20,000 bases of DNA from an uncultured virus (IMG/VR IMGVR_UViG_3300043428_000060) (IMGVR_UViG_3300043428_000060), one strand, 5' to 3'. Counted from the first letter of the stretch, positions 1 to 9,466 are shown. Notes: generated from the letters alone by a model not told the origin. Program-made: numbers and translations.

Positions 1-170
1 TGAAAGTTATTCCAATTAGTTAAATATCTATTACCAGTAGTTCTACCCTGTTCAAACCATTCTTGTTCTATAGCACGTGATACTTGTAACCCGTACTCTT
101 CAGACGCTTTAACTGAATCAGGTACTACCTGACTTGGGAAGGCACTATTTGTATTTGTGTATATATTCAT
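1..170 (-). CDS. Portal protein, N-terminal fragment (runs off window)
   Basis: Manual translation from ATG at 170: MNIYTNTNSAFPSQVVPDSVKASEEYGLQVSRAIEQEWFEQGRTTGNRYLTNWNNF...; directly follows the TerL stop; the FPSQVV..YGL.V..AIE.EWF start resembles portal N-termini of Bacteroidota phages as I recall them. Confidence 0.7.
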   Translation of the reverse strand, partial: MNIYTNTNSAFPSQVVPDSVKASEEYGLQVSRAIEQEWFEQGRTTGNRYLTNWNNF

Positions 171-2390
171 TTAGTATATTTTTGATAAAGAACCTGTATT
201 GTCGTATTTTTTAATACCTAAATTATGCACTTGCCTAATTATAGGATTTGTCGGTGTGTATCTATGTTTATTGCAAGCCATTATAGCTAATCCAGAACTG
301 ATAGAAGCATCATACTTTGTTCTATCATTTATATTGAACCTTGCCCAGTCATTTAATGTTTTATTAAAATACATATTACCATAACCGGTTTCAAGCAATC
401 CAACGTGATCTTCTATATATGATTCGATAGCAGCAGCGTGAGCTTGTTTAATATCTTCGCTTGAGTTTGGTATTCCTCCAATTTCTCTTTCTGTTATTGA
501 TAATTTAGAATAAGCTTTATCAGGTCGATTCATTGAAAAACCTCTATATCCTCTTCTTTTAAAATGGAATAATAATCTTGGCTTGTTATTCTCCGCTAAT
601 ATTGGCATACCGTAAAATATACATGCCATCAAAACCTCCTCAAAAAATATTTCAGCTGTCTGAGGTCTTGCGATATATTCTAAAAAGAAAGTGTTTGGCG
701 GTGCATCATCCATTGAAAACTTAGTTAAACCACTAAGCGCTCCATTAGACCCTTTCCCATCAACAGTACCAGATATATCATAAGGGTCACATCCAAATGC
801 ACCCATGTGCTCATTACCAGGATGTTTAACGCCATTCTTTATAATTACATTGTTTTGCAAATGCAATGGAGGTATCCACGATATTAAAAATCTACCGTCT
901 TTATTAGGATAAAATATAACCTTTGTATCAGGTATACCATTCTCCCACATAAAACTTCCTTTGGTAACAACGCTTGTATTTCTTAAATCTTCGTTATAAT
1001 CTATTTGTTCATAGATCTTTGTAAGATTAAATAATGATTGTTTTGTTTCATCACGGAATGCGTGTTGTTCTGTTCTAGGGAACTGGCGATAGTATTCATT
1101 TAAACCATCTTGATCGCTTTTTAAACCATCAACCTCGTTTTGCCAGTGCTCTATAACACCATACTCTATTTCGTTTCCGTCGACTCCTTTGACTGGTTTT
1201 TCTGGAGTGTCGAAGACAGGTAAGCCATAAGTATCAATGAATCCCTCGTACGACCATTCCATAGGTATGAACAAACTATATAATCCTGAGCTAGTCTGTC
1301 CATTGCGGTTTCTTTTTGTAACATCTGAATTATAATAAAGTGTTTTAAAATTCTCTCCTCCTTTGTCTAAAGCATTAGATGTTGAACCCATCATACACTT
1401 TCCAATAACCCTACTACCTAATCTTAATGTAGTTTTAGTTACACGCCAGTTATTAAGAATGTTATCAGGTCTTTCCCATTTACCACTTTCATCATGAACT
1501 AACAGTTTTAATTTTTCACCATCATAACTGTTATCACCTGTATTCTTCCAGTCAATAGTAGTATCCAACCCATCCATCTCTTCAACCTTATCGTTTGTAT
1601 CTAGCTTCTTCCTTGTTAATTTAGAAGCAGGTATACGATAAGCTAACTCTGTTTTCGGACGGTCCATACCGTCTTGGATAGGTTTGAAAAAGAAAGGATA
1701 GTTAATGGAGATTGGCACAACCTTGTCGGTAAACATTTTTTTAGCATCAGCTCCAGACTTTGATAATATACCAAACCTGGAATCACTAGATATAGTTGCT
1801 TGATTTACTAATTCAGCAGATGACATAAATGAAAATCCGGAACGTCTATTCTTTAAATAGCACATACCGTAGCATCTTGGATCTGCCTTGCAAGCTTCCC
1901 AAAATATAAAGAACAATCTATTTGACTCTCTATAATCAGGCGCTCCAATATCAATCTTACTCCACTGTAAATACATATAATGTGTTCCAGTTATGTAAGT
2001 TGGTTGACCATTGTTGTAGAAGAATAAACCTTCTTCTCTATATTTAAACTCATTGTCGATGTAATCATACCATCTATCTTTAAAAGAATCTGGTTGCTTA
2101 TTCCAATCGAATGTGCTTTTTATTTTACTTATTTCTTTAGGGAACTCCATTTGCTCCCAGTATTGTTCTTCTTTTTTAGCAGATCTTGAATACGCATTCT
2201 CCGCTAATGGCAATGCTATTTTTAAATTCTGGATTTCAATGATCTCACCGATCTTTCCAGTCTTGCTAATAACAACCACATCATGGTCTTTATTGTATCC
2301 ATATTTCCACTTGTTTAAGCGATTGTTTTGTTTAATAACACTAGACTTAATATAGTCTGGCACTATTTTATATAAAGTTTGCTCGTACAT
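171..2390 (-). CDS. terL: Terminase large subunit
   Basis: 739 aa; variant Walker A LKNRRSGFS, Walker B LLVHDESG, coupling motif MMGST, RNase H-like nuclease acidic motifs FGCDPY, LAENN and YDASIS; adjacent to the portal. Confidence 0.92.
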   Translation of the reverse strand: MYEQTLYKIVPDYIKSSVIKQNNRLNKWKYGYNKDHDVVVISKTGKIGEIIEIQNLKIALPLAENAYSRSAKKEEQYWEQMEFPKEISKIKSTFDWNKQPDSFKDRWYDYIDNEFKYREEGLFFYNNGQPTYITGTHYMYLQWSKIDIGAPDYRESNRLFFIFWEACKADPRCYGMCYLKNRRSGFSFMSSAELVNQATISSDSRFGILSKSGADAKKMFTDKVVPISINYPFFFKPIQDGMDRPKTELAYRIPASKLTRKKLDTNDKVEEMDGLDTTIDWKNTGDNSYDGEKLKLLVHDESGKWERPDNILNNWRVTKTTLRLGSRVIGKCMMGSTSNALDKGGENFKTLYYNSDVTKRNRNGQTSSGLYSLFIPMEWSYEGFIDTYGLPVFDTPEKPVKGVDGNEIEYGVIEHWQNEVDGLKSDQDGLNEYYRQFPRTEQHAFRDETKQSLFNLTKIYEQIDYNEDLRNTSVVTKGSFMWENGIPDTKVIFYPNKDGRFLISWIPPLHLQNNVIIKNGVKHPGNEHMGAFGCDPYDISGTVDGKGSNGALSGLTKFSMDDAPPNTFFLEYIARPQTAEIFFEEVLMACIFYGMPILAENNKPRLLFHFKRRGYRGFSMNRPDKAYSKLSITEREIGGIPNSSEDIKQAHAAAIESYIEDHVGLLETGYGNMYFNKTLNDWARFNINDRTKYDASISSGLAIMACNKHRYTPTNPIIRQVHNLGIKKYDNTGSLSKIY

Positions 2391-2665
2391 TATTTAGATC
2401 TCCCCTCTGCAAAGCCTTTAAATACTTTAACTTCCGCTTCTTTATCTCCTTCTACTAATAGCTTTTCTTCTTCTTCGATGCGACTTAATATTTCAAAGGC
2501 ATCAAATATTGCAAGTTTTTTAGTAGCAGCAGCATTTTTTAATTTATCGGCAGACAAATCGTCTTCACCATTATCCAAAATAGCTTCTTCAGCAACCTTG
2601 ATTAACTCAAGAACTGCTTTGTGCCCAGCTTGGATTATATTCTGCTTCGTCTCCTTTACATTCAT
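2390..2665 (-). CDS. Helical protein, candidate terminase small subunit
   Basis: 91 aa, helical/coiled-coil character, stop overlaps the terL start (TAATG); function from position only. Confidence 0.5.
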   Translation of the reverse strand: MNVKETKQNIIQAGHKAVLELIKVAEEAILDNGEDDLSADKLKNAAATKKLAIFDAFEILSRIEEEEKLLVEGDKEAEVKVFKGFAEGRSK

Positions 2666-3218
2666 ATTTAATTACAATATCATTAGATTTCATACAATAA
2701 AGTCGTTCTCCATCAATGATAAAATCAAATTCACCATACGGAGTATAACCTACAAGGTCTCCCTCGTTAATTTTAAGCTTGTTTAAAGAGTCGTTTCCAT
2801 ACTTTAGTATTCCAATAAGCTCTCGTTCTTTATTTAGCTTTAAATCGTCTATATTCTTTAATGGCTTTATGAAACATCTGTCTCCAAATGTGTTCCATTT
2901 ATCGTCATTTGATTTATATAAGTAGATTTGCTCTAAGTCACAAAAGTATAAATCGTCCATAAAAAAAGCTCTACTGTTCTTTTGATTACCTCTAATGTCA
3001 TAGAATCTTCTAAAAACATTATGGTGTATAAGAACAATATCGCCAACTTTAATATTAGTTGAATAAGCTAGCGGGGTAGATATTACCTCCGCTAAATTAT
3101 TCACAGATTTAAAACTTTCTATTTTTGTATTCAGTATAAGCTCTTTGTCTTCTACTTTAATTTTGTTATTGTATCTTGCCCCTACGGGTTTTACAATAAA
3201 ATTAAATACACTTTTCAT
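2607..3218 (-). CDS. Tandem GroES-like (co-chaperonin-like) protein
   Basis: 203 aa with two GroES-like halves: FIVKP...AEVIS...IKVGDIVLI and CFIKP...GILKYG...INEGDLVGY...FIIDGERLYCMKSNDIV. Confidence 0.6.
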   Translation of the reverse strand: MKSVFNFIVKPVGARYNNKIKVEDKELILNTKIESFKSVNNLAEVISTPLAYSTNIKVGDIVLIHHNVFRRFYDIRGNQKNSRAFFMDDLYFCDLEQIYLYKSNDDKWNTFGDRCFIKPLKNIDDLKLNKERELIGILKYGNDSLNKLKINEGDLVGYTPYGEFDFIIDGERLYCMKSNDIVIKYECKGDEAEYNPSWAQSSS

Positions 3219-3445
3219 TAGTATTCCAAATCGTATTCAACAGATATAGCCATGTTAGCATTGAATTTCTTCCATGGCATTACTTCATCTCCTTTTTTTA
3301 TATAAATGTTATAGGATGAATCTTTTTGATCAGACTTTATATAAGCAATCTCATGACCTCCGTACACTTGTTGTCCGATAGAATAATGCATTGCTTCGTT
3401 TTTGTAGTCCGTACCAATACTTATCTTCCTAATAACCGCATCCAT
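3218..3445 (-). CDS. Hypothetical phage protein
   Basis: 75 aa ORF, translationally coupled to its neighbours. Confidence 0.75.
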   Translation of the reverse strand: MDAVIRKISIGTDYKNEAMHYSIGQQVYGGHEIAYIKSDQKDSSYNIYIKKGDEVMPWKKFNANMAISVEYDLEY

Positions 3446-3447
3446 TA

Positions 3448-3732
3448 TTATACAACATCTAACTTAGCAGCTTCTTTTGCTTCTTCTTCAACCTCAACAT
3501 AAGAACCATCTTCTAAATTGATATTGATAGAACCATATTCTGCTTGTAACTCAGACTTGAACTCTTCGGCTTCTTTATTAATATCAGCTAATTGGTGTAA
3601 TAAGCCATGCTTTTGTGATTCTAAAACCCCGATATTAACTAACACGCTGTTAAGTTCTCTTTGATTCTTTACAAGTACTTCTAATTGTTCTGCTGTAATC
3701 TTTTTTGTTTCTGTCATTTTCTTTAATTTCAT
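3448..3732 (-). CDS. Coiled-coil hypothetical protein
   Basis: 94 aa (possible start at MTETKK, 3717); heptad-like Leu pattern and acidic C-terminus. Confidence 0.75.
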   Translation of the reverse strand: MKLKKMTETKKITAEQLEVLVKNQRELNSVLVNIGVLESQKHGLLHQLADINKEAEEFKSELQAEYGSININLEDGSYVEVEEEAKEAAKLDVV

Positions 3733-3743
3733 TTGATTGTTTT

Positions 3744-4004
3744 TTATTTTTTAAATATTTTGTTATAGATACCGTTTTTTCTTCTAACAATACCTCCTTT
3801 TCTAATAGGAAATTCTATAACAACATCTCCTTCGAACGAATATTCGTTTTCAGGTTCCATTAACTTAGAATTACCTTTATTATCAATACCTAATACAGGG
3901 AAATCTACATTTTTCATTGTGATCTCCCCGCTAGGTATTACATTATAAGGTCTATCTTTGTCAGGACTATTCTTTTTGTAACCTGTTGTAGATAGATTTT
4001 TCAT
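3744..4004 (-). CDS. Hypothetical phage protein
   Basis: 86 aa ORF in operon, contains IPSGEITMKNVDFPVLGID. Confidence 0.75.
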   Translation of the reverse strand: MKNLSTTGYKKNSPDKDRPYNVIPSGEITMKNVDFPVLGIDNKGNSKLMEPENEYSFEGDVVIEFPIRKGGIVRRKNGIYNKIFKK

Positions 4005-4008
4005 TGTA

Positions 4009-4437
4009 CTATAGGTTTACAACTTTACGTTTAGGTCTTTTATCATTAACACTTTTCATTTCAACTTTGTCATACTTATACTCAGAAGCTGATTGTTGTT
4101 GTCTAGTCTCGTTAGCTTTTTTATTACCCATATATGCCGATAACTCACCGTATCCAGCTTTTCTCATTTTATTGTCAACGGCTGTACTGTCGCTTACTGC
4201 TTGTTTTTCAGTAGCGAATTTTTTTGCCATATAAGCATTAGCTTCTGATTTTCTTTGAGAACTTTCAAGCTTAGCTCTTGCGGCTTCTGCTGATTTTCTA
4301 ACTCCTTCGCTTTTCTTATCAGCTATCATTTCGTCTACTTGTGCGTCAACTTTTGTTTTTACTTGTAAAAGAGCACTAGGAATTCCATTTCCTGTCTTTG
4401 CGTTATTACCTCTACCTGGTTTTTGTAAGTATGCCAT
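4009..4437 (-). CDS. Hypothetical basic/helical protein (possible internal virion protein)
   Basis: 142 aa, K/A/S-rich, A-rich leader. Confidence 0.7.
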   Translation of the reverse strand: MAYLQKPGRGNNAKTGNGIPSALLQVKTKVDAQVDEMIADKKSEGVRKSAEAARAKLESSQRKSEANAYMAKKFATEKQAVSDSTAVDNKMRKAGYGELSAYMGNKKANETRQQQSASEYKYDKVEMKSVNDKRPKRKVVNL

Positions 4438-4461
4438 TTTGTTTTGTTATTTATTATTAAT

Positions 4462-4486
4462 ATTACGCGTATTTATTGCTTTTTAT
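4462..4486 (-). promoter_or_regulatory. Possible degenerate late-promoter motif (ATAA-N16-GTAAT)
   Basis: Partial match to the motif at 8542-8566 and 17755-17779; lies 25 nt upstream of ORF 4437. Confidence 0.3.
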
Positions 4487-4787
4487 AAGCTTCTACTTCC
4501 CAAGGTAATTTTTTTGAACCTTCATTAATAGAAGCACGCAAATACTTTTTACCTTTCCATATAACATGAGAATCAGTATAATCTAAATCACCTCTTTTCA
4601 TTTGATCGATGTGAACCATCTCGTGCTCTATAGTTTTACTTTTTTTTAATTCTAATGGCGATACATTCTTGTTTATAAGTATAGAACCATTGTTCTGAGC
4701 CATACCTAAAATGTTATCATCCATATCAACACTATAAATTGGGGTATTGTCCATATTATACGGAGCTCCCTTCATTATAAATGCCAT
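4473..4787 (-). CDS. Small zincin-like metallopeptidase (HEXXH)
   Basis: 104 aa; ILGMA..NGSILIN...TIEHEMVHIDQ motif and downstream PWEVEAY (possible third Zn ligand Glu). Confidence 0.65.
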   Translation of the reverse strand: MAFIMKGAPYNMDNTPIYSVDMDDNILGMAQNNGSILINKNVSPLELKKSKTIEHEMVHIDQMKRGDLDYTDSHVIWKGKKYLRASINEGSKKLPWEVEAYKKQ

Positions 4788-4788
4788 A

Positions 4789-4941
4789 TTAGCATTTCTT
4801 CATTTTAGCTGGAGACTTACCTTTCATTACTTCTTTTTTCTGCATTGACTTAGACTCTTTTTTTTCGTGTTTAGCCATTGCTGCTTTTGAAGCGTATTTT
4901 TCTCCTGTAGCTTTTTCTACAATTTTCTTTTTGATCGCCAT
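4789..4941 (-). CDS. Small lysine-rich protein (not in ORF track)
   Basis: Manual translation: MAIKKKIVEKATGEKYASKAAMAKHEKKESKSMQKKEVMKGKSPAKMKKC (50 aa); fills the gap exactly. Confidence 0.75.
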   Translation of the reverse strand: MAIKKKIVEKATGEKYASKAAMAKHEKKESKSMQKKEVMKGKSPAKMKKC

Positions 4942-4955
4942 GATATTTTGTATTT

Positions 4956-4991
4956 AATAAAAACAACCGCAAATTTCTTCACGGTTGTTTT
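4956..4991 (-). terminator. Rho-independent terminator
   Basis: Minus strand AAAACAACCGTGAA-GAAA-TTTGCGGTTGTTTTTATT: long stem with G-U pairs, GAAA tetraloop and U-tract, just after ORF 5004-5276. Confidence 0.75.
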
Positions 4992-5003
4992 AAATTTTTA
5001 TAA

Positions 5004-5276
5004 TTATGCTACAACTGGTAAAGCACCGATTGTAACTCCAGAAGGCATTACAACGTCTACTAATGTTGGGCCATTAACTGCAAGGATCGCTTTATTAACC
5101 GCAGCAACAGTTCCAGCAGCACCCGCAGCACTAGTTGTGAATGTGAATGATTTTACACCAGCATAGATAGCGAATGTAGTAGCTGTTAAATAAGAAACTG
5201 CGCTAATAGAATCTGCGTTAAATAAGATAACAGGAGAACCAGCTACAGTTGTTGGAATTTGGATGAATTTTGCCAT
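5004..5276 (-). CDS. Small Ala/Val/Thr-rich protein, possible structural/decoration protein
   Basis: 90 aa, nearly uncharged, long A-rich leader and followed by a terminator, suggesting high expression. Confidence 0.65.
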   Translation of the reverse strand: MAKFIQIPTTVAGSPVILFNADSISAVSYLTATTFAIYAGVKSFTFTTSAAGAAGTVAAVNKAILAVNGPTLVDVVMPSGVTIGALPVVA

Positions 5277-5314
5277 TTTTGTTTTAGTGTTTAAGTGTTT
5301 GTTATTGTTTGTTA

Positions 5315-5707
5315 TTATATTTTGCTTATTTTTTTTGATGCATTATATTTATTAAACGTAAAAGCGTCTTCTTTATTACGTAAAGCATTAGTAGTTCTTG
5401 TATCTTTCAATAATTCGGAACCTTCTTTTACCTTAAATGCTTTGCTAGCTTCCGCTTTAACCGTTTTTGGATCTAAGACTTTCTCTTTAGGTTTTTCTTT
5501 TTCTTTTTCTTTGCCTGCAGCTGTTAATCCTGCTCCAACAATTTTACCAAAAGACATTATAGCTGCATTAGCCGCATCATTGTTATATACATTGTTTGGA
5601 TCAAAACCCCCTGATTCATAAGCTCCGCCAGAACCTCCTTGATCTACCATACTTCTTTGAAGATGGAAAGGAGAACCACTATTTTTCTTTATTAAGTTTA
5701 AAGACAT
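5315..5707 (-). CDS. Hypothetical protein (possible internal virion protein)
   Basis: Likely start MSLNLIKKNSGSPFHLQ at 5707, just after the upstream stop, rather than 5770; 130 aa. Confidence 0.65.
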   Translation of the reverse strand: MSLNLIKKNSGSPFHLQRSMVDQGGSGGAYESGGFDPNNVYNNDAANAAIMSFGKIVGAGLTAAGKEKEKEKPKEKVLDPKTVKAEASKAFKVKEGSELLKDTRTTNALRNKEDAFTFNKYNASKKISKI

Positions 5708-5711
5708 AGCT

Positions 5712-5930
5712 TTAGAATCTAGCTTTAGCTCTTTGAGTAATTGGACCTGCTTTATATATAGGCTTGTCATTATTAAAGATCATACCGTCTTTACCACTGC
5801 TTGATCCTTTACCTTTAGGATACCCTTCAGAATCCCATGGTCCAGCCCATACTGCATTAGCTCCTAATCCAGATAATTGACCTTCTCTATCTAAAGGAGT
5901 CTTTGGGTGTTTCGTTGCGTTTATTTTCAT
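5712..5930 (-). CDS. Hypothetical protein
   Basis: 72 aa ORF packed in operon. Confidence 0.7.
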   Translation of the reverse strand: MKINATKHPKTPLDREGQLSGLGANAVWAGPWDSEGYPKGKGSSSGKDGMIFNNDKPIYKAGPITQRAKARF

Positions 5931-5932
5931 AA

Positions 5933-6259
5933 TTATTGTCCGTTTAAATCGTAGTTCGGTGTAATTGGTGTTTGTACTCCCATTGGCGGTGGAACCGGTT
6001 GTCCATATCCTTGTAACGCCCCATCAGTTCCTGCCATAATAGCATTAACATCATTTTGTTGCGTTGGATTAGTTGGATCCATTGGCGGAATATATCCTTG
6101 ACTTGTCATTTGCATTAATGGAGCTGCCCCCACGGATCTTGTGAATGTTCCTGGATTTGCTTGACCAAACACACCTTGAATTGCATCTTGATTTGAGAGC
6201 GCTGTTGGGCTAATTGCATTTGGTTGCAATTGATTATTGTATAATTTGTTATTCATCAT
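5933..6259 (-). CDS. Pro/Gln/Asn-rich low-complexity hypothetical protein
   Basis: 108 aa ORF packed in operon. Confidence 0.7.
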   Translation of the reverse strand: MMNNKLYNNQLQPNAISPTALSNQDAIQGVFGQANPGTFTRSVGAAPLMQMTSQGYIPPMDPTNPTQQNDVNAIMAGTDGALQGYGQPVPPPMGVQTPITPNYDLNGQ

Positions 6260-6707
6260 AATCGTGTCTTGTTTTATCTTTATTTGTATTTTCTATTGCA
6301 GTAATCATTACAGTATCCGTATATGTTTTACCACTCATTATAATATTTCTACTACTTGTTGGTATATCTTCTTTACCAAGCATTATACGGTACATGCGAC
6401 TTATAAGTTGTTTACACTTGAATGAAACTTTATATATATTGTATTTTTGAGTTGTGTGGTTTCTGGGTCTCCATACCACAATCCAACCTTCTTTTAATAA
6501 ATTGTTCCAGCGTTTATTGTCCCAACTGTATGCGTAAGTACCTATCTTATAATCCTGTTTGGTAAAGAAATCCATGCAATCAAAATAAATTAACAGTTCT
6601 AAATCAGCATCTGTTAAGTCATTGTTACGGCATGCCCATCTTCGTATAATTCTATAATGTTTTAATAAACCAAGATCTTTAATGTCGGATGCTTCTAAGC
6701 GTATCAT
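6249..6707 (-). CDS. Putative winged-helix DNA-binding protein
   Basis: 152 aa; LTDADLELLIYF...WNNLLKEGWIVV...NIYKVSFKCKQLI resembles a MarR-like wHTH pattern; coupled to groES (ATGA overlap). Confidence 0.45.
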   Translation of the reverse strand: MIRLEASDIKDLGLLKHYRIIRRWACRNNDLTDADLELLIYFDCMDFFTKQDYKIGTYAYSWDNKRWNNLLKEGWIVVWRPRNHTTQKYNIYKVSFKCKQLISRMYRIMLGKEDIPTSSRNIIMSGKTYTDTVMITAIENTNKDKTRHDYDE

Positions 6708-6964
6708 AATACAATAACTACGTCTCCTAACTTTATAACTTGGTAAGTTTCTTTATCTACTTCAATTTTATGACCGGCATGCCTGTCGTAGAATATACTA
6801 TCACCTTGCTTAACACCTACAACCTGATCTCCAACTTGTATAACTTTAGCTTCAATATATCTAATATCGTCTCTATGGTTTTCCGCAAGTAACAAACCAC
6901 CTTTTGTAGCGGTTGTACCTTCTTTTACTTTTTGTATAACTAAATTAATTCCAATTGCTTTCAT
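6704..6964 (-). CDS. groES: Co-chaperonin GroES
   Basis: 86 aa; mobile loop TKGGLLL, AKVIQVG, VKQGDSIFY, YQVIKLGDVV. Confidence 0.92.
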   Translation of the reverse strand: MKAIGINLVIQKVKEGTTATKGGLLLAENHRDDIRYIEAKVIQVGDQVVGVKQGDSIFYDRHAGHKIEVDKETYQVIKLGDVVIVL

Positions 6965-8508
6965 TACATTCTCATGTTATTAATGACACAATCAGTTGAC
7001 AATATAGTTGTAGCCACAGATCCGGCATTTCTTAAAGCGCTTTTAGTAACCAATAATGGATCAATAATTCCTGCTTCAATCATATTAACAGTCTTGTTTG
7101 TAATAACATTAAGACCATAACCTGTTTTAGATACTGGATCTAATGAAACAACGTCAATACCCGCATTAGCTAATATAGTATTGAATGGTGCTCTAATAGA
7201 GTCTAGTAATATTTCTTCGCCTAAAGATTTCGCATCAACATTGTACGAAGCATTTAATAAAGCAATTCCGCCTCCTGGCACAATACCTTCTTTAATAGCT
7301 GCTTTTGTTGCACATATTGCATCTTCAATTCTATCGGCTTTTTCTTTTAATTCTATTTCTGAATTAGCTCCTACTTTAACAATAGCAATTTTTGCTGTTA
7401 ATCTAGCTAATCTTTTTTCTAACTTAATAACCTTGTGACTTGGTTGATTCTCAGATAATGATTTTTTAATCTCATCTATAATCTCTAATACCTCTTCTTT
7501 AGTTTCACCAACGTGTAAGATAGTTTCTTCATGGTTAGTAATACTCTTAAGGCAAGTACCTAATAATTCAGGTTGTATTAAATCTAAGTCATCACCTAAG
7601 TCTTCGTTTATTAACGTTGCACCAGTTAATAAAGCAAGATCATCAAAGATCTCTTTTCTATTAATACCATAAGTTGGTGCATTGATAACGTTTACTTTTA
7701 TATTACCTTTTGATTTGTTCATTGCCAATGTAGACAATACTGTTTGATCCAAGTCAGCAATAATAAGTAATGATTTATTATTCTTTATAACATACTCCAA
7801 TACTGATTGGATTTGTCTTATACTTTCAACAGGAGATTCTACCAATAATACTAATGGATTTTCTAACTCTGCTGATTTGTTTTTATGGTTTGTAATGAAA
7901 TGTGTATTGGTTAATCCCATATCACATTGCACTCCTTCAACAATTTGTAAGCTACACTCAGGTTCTACTGATGTTTCCATCATAACAATTCCTGTATTAC
8001 CTACTGATCTAAAAGCATCTCCAACTAACTTACCTAATTCAGGATCATTGTTTGTTGAAATTGTAGCAATCTGATCTAACATATTGCCATCAACTTTTAT
8101 TGACATGCTCTCAAGGTATTCAATTACGTTTTCAATAGCTTTATTGATACCTTCTTTAATTTCTCTTGCATTAGGATTTTCAATAGCATAAGCATTTTTT
8201 AAAATTGAATGTGCTAATACTGTTGCAGTAGTTGTTCCGTCTCCGGCTTCTCTTACTGTTTTTCTAGCAGCTTCTTTTAATAATGTAGCCCCCATATTTT
8301 CAACAGGATCTAGCAAGATAATTGAATCCGCAACGGATACACCATCTTTCGTAATAACAGGTCTACCGGCAGCATCTTCTAAAAGAACACATTTACCACT
8401 TGCTCCTAATGTAGAGCTAACTGCTTTTGCTAGCTTTTCTATTCCAGCAAAAACTTTATCGCTTGCTTCTTTTCCAAAGCTTAAATTTTTGACTATAGCG
8501 TCTGACAT
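6964..8508 (-). CDS. groEL: Chaperonin GroEL (phage type)
   Basis: 514 aa; ITKDGVSVA, AGDGTTTATVLA, EDAICATKAAIKEGIVPGGG and GIIDP motifs; no GGM tail. Confidence 0.97.
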   Translation of the reverse strand: MSDAIVKNLSFGKEASDKVFAGIEKLAKAVSSTLGASGKCVLLEDAAGRPVITKDGVSVADSIILLDPVENMGATLLKEAARKTVREAGDGTTTATVLAHSILKNAYAIENPNAREIKEGINKAIENVIEYLESMSIKVDGNMLDQIATISTNNDPELGKLVGDAFRSVGNTGIVMMETSVEPECSLQIVEGVQCDMGLTNTHFITNHKNKSAELENPLVLLVESPVESIRQIQSVLEYVIKNNKSLLIIADLDQTVLSTLAMNKSKGNIKVNVINAPTYGINRKEIFDDLALLTGATLINEDLGDDLDLIQPELLGTCLKSITNHEETILHVGETKEEVLEIIDEIKKSLSENQPSHKVIKLEKRLARLTAKIAIVKVGANSEIELKEKADRIEDAICATKAAIKEGIVPGGGIALLNASYNVDAKSLGEEILLDSIRAPFNTILANAGIDVVSLDPVSKTGYGLNVITNKTVNMIEAGIIDPLLVTKSALRNAGSVATTILSTDCVINNMRM

Positions 8509-8541
8509 AATTTTATTTAATTTGATTGATATAGTTTATAT

Positions 8542-8566
8542 ATTACACGTTTTACAAAAATCTTAC
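8542..8566 (-). promoter_or_regulatory. Candidate late promoter GTAAGATTTT-N10-GTAAT upstream of groEL
   Basis: Same two boxes and the same 10-nt spacing as 17755-17779. Confidence 0.5.
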
Positions 8567-9036
8567 CTACTTAACGTAAACAACGACTTACCGTATTTTT
8601 CTAAAACAATTATAATAGCTACAGGTATTAAAAACCAAAGATACATCCAGTAGTTTGCTTTTTTGTCAATTTTTTTATTAATTAACTTTTTAGAATCTTC
8701 TCTTTTTACATTTAACTTTTTTACAGAAGATACTTTGCTTGTTACTTTGGTTTTATCTATCTTAATACCTTTTTTCTTTTTTAACTTTATAATAGTATTG
8801 ATGTACTGTTTACCATCAATAACCATCGGCTTTAATGTATCTAAAGGTTTGTATTCTATTTCTTCTTCACAATCCTCAGTTACCACATTATTTTCTTTTA
8901 CATAAGTACCGTCGACTTTTACAACAACGGTACTATCTACAACAGTTTTAATATCTTCTTTTACAATCGCAACCTTTCTTGATGCGCAAGAAACAAATAG
9001 TAATAAACTAATAATTAATATAAGACGTTTTGCCAT
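8563..9036 (-). CDS. Lipoprotein, unimolecular-spanin-like
   Basis: N-terminal signal with lipobox-like LFVSC, C-terminal TM (YWMYLWFLIPVAIIIVL), overlaps the endolysin 3' end. Confidence 0.7.
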   Translation of the reverse strand: MAKRLILIISLLLFVSCASRKVAIVKEDIKTVVDSTVVVKVDGTYVKENNVVTEDCEEEIEYKPLDTLKPMVIDGKQYINTIIKLKKKKGIKIDKTKVTSKVSSVKKLNVKREDSKKLINKKIDKKANYWMYLWFLIPVAIIIVLEKYGKSLFTLSR

Positions 9037-9466
9037 TTTTCTTTATTGCTTTAAGTATTTGTTTTCTTTGTTTACCAGTTGACTCGTAAGATACATGTAC
9101 CCAATCAGGATTTTTATCTGTACCAAATTCCCATATTAATTGATCAAATACTAAATTATCTTTTATCCAATTAAATATTTGAGCATTTGTAATCGCAGTT
9201 CCATCCATATCTATATCCATAGCTTCACCTGAACAGTGTTGGCTCGATATAGCTCCTTTTATCGCTTTATTTAAAGCTAAGCTTCTGTAACCTGAAGATA
9301 TATGTATTGGCTCTTTAAAATGATCTCTAATAGGCTGGAATACATTAATGGCTAACTTTTTCATATTAACTAAATGGTCATCACTTGGCATATTTGAAAT
9401 ACTTCTTCTTTTTGCCTCACTACTGATAATCATTTCTGCTAATGATAGGTTTTTAGATAATTGCAT
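9008..9466 (-). CDS. Endolysin, peptidase M15 family (Zn peptidase)
   Basis: ISSGYRS, SQHCSGEAMDI and WVHVSY motifs. Confidence 0.88.
   Translation of the reverse strand: MQLSKNLSLAEMIISSEAKRRSISNMPSDDHLVNMKKLAINVFQPIRDHFKEPIHISSGYRSLALNKAIKGAISSQHCSGEAMDIDMDGTAITNAQIFNWIKDNLVFDQLIWEFGTDKNPDWVHVSYESTGKQRKQILKAIKKNGKTSYINY

Noticed and set aside
6704..8508. Host chromosomal groESL (prophage boundary)
   Set aside because: Divergent sequence, reversed gene order, no GGM tail, and embedded among phage genes with coupled stops/starts
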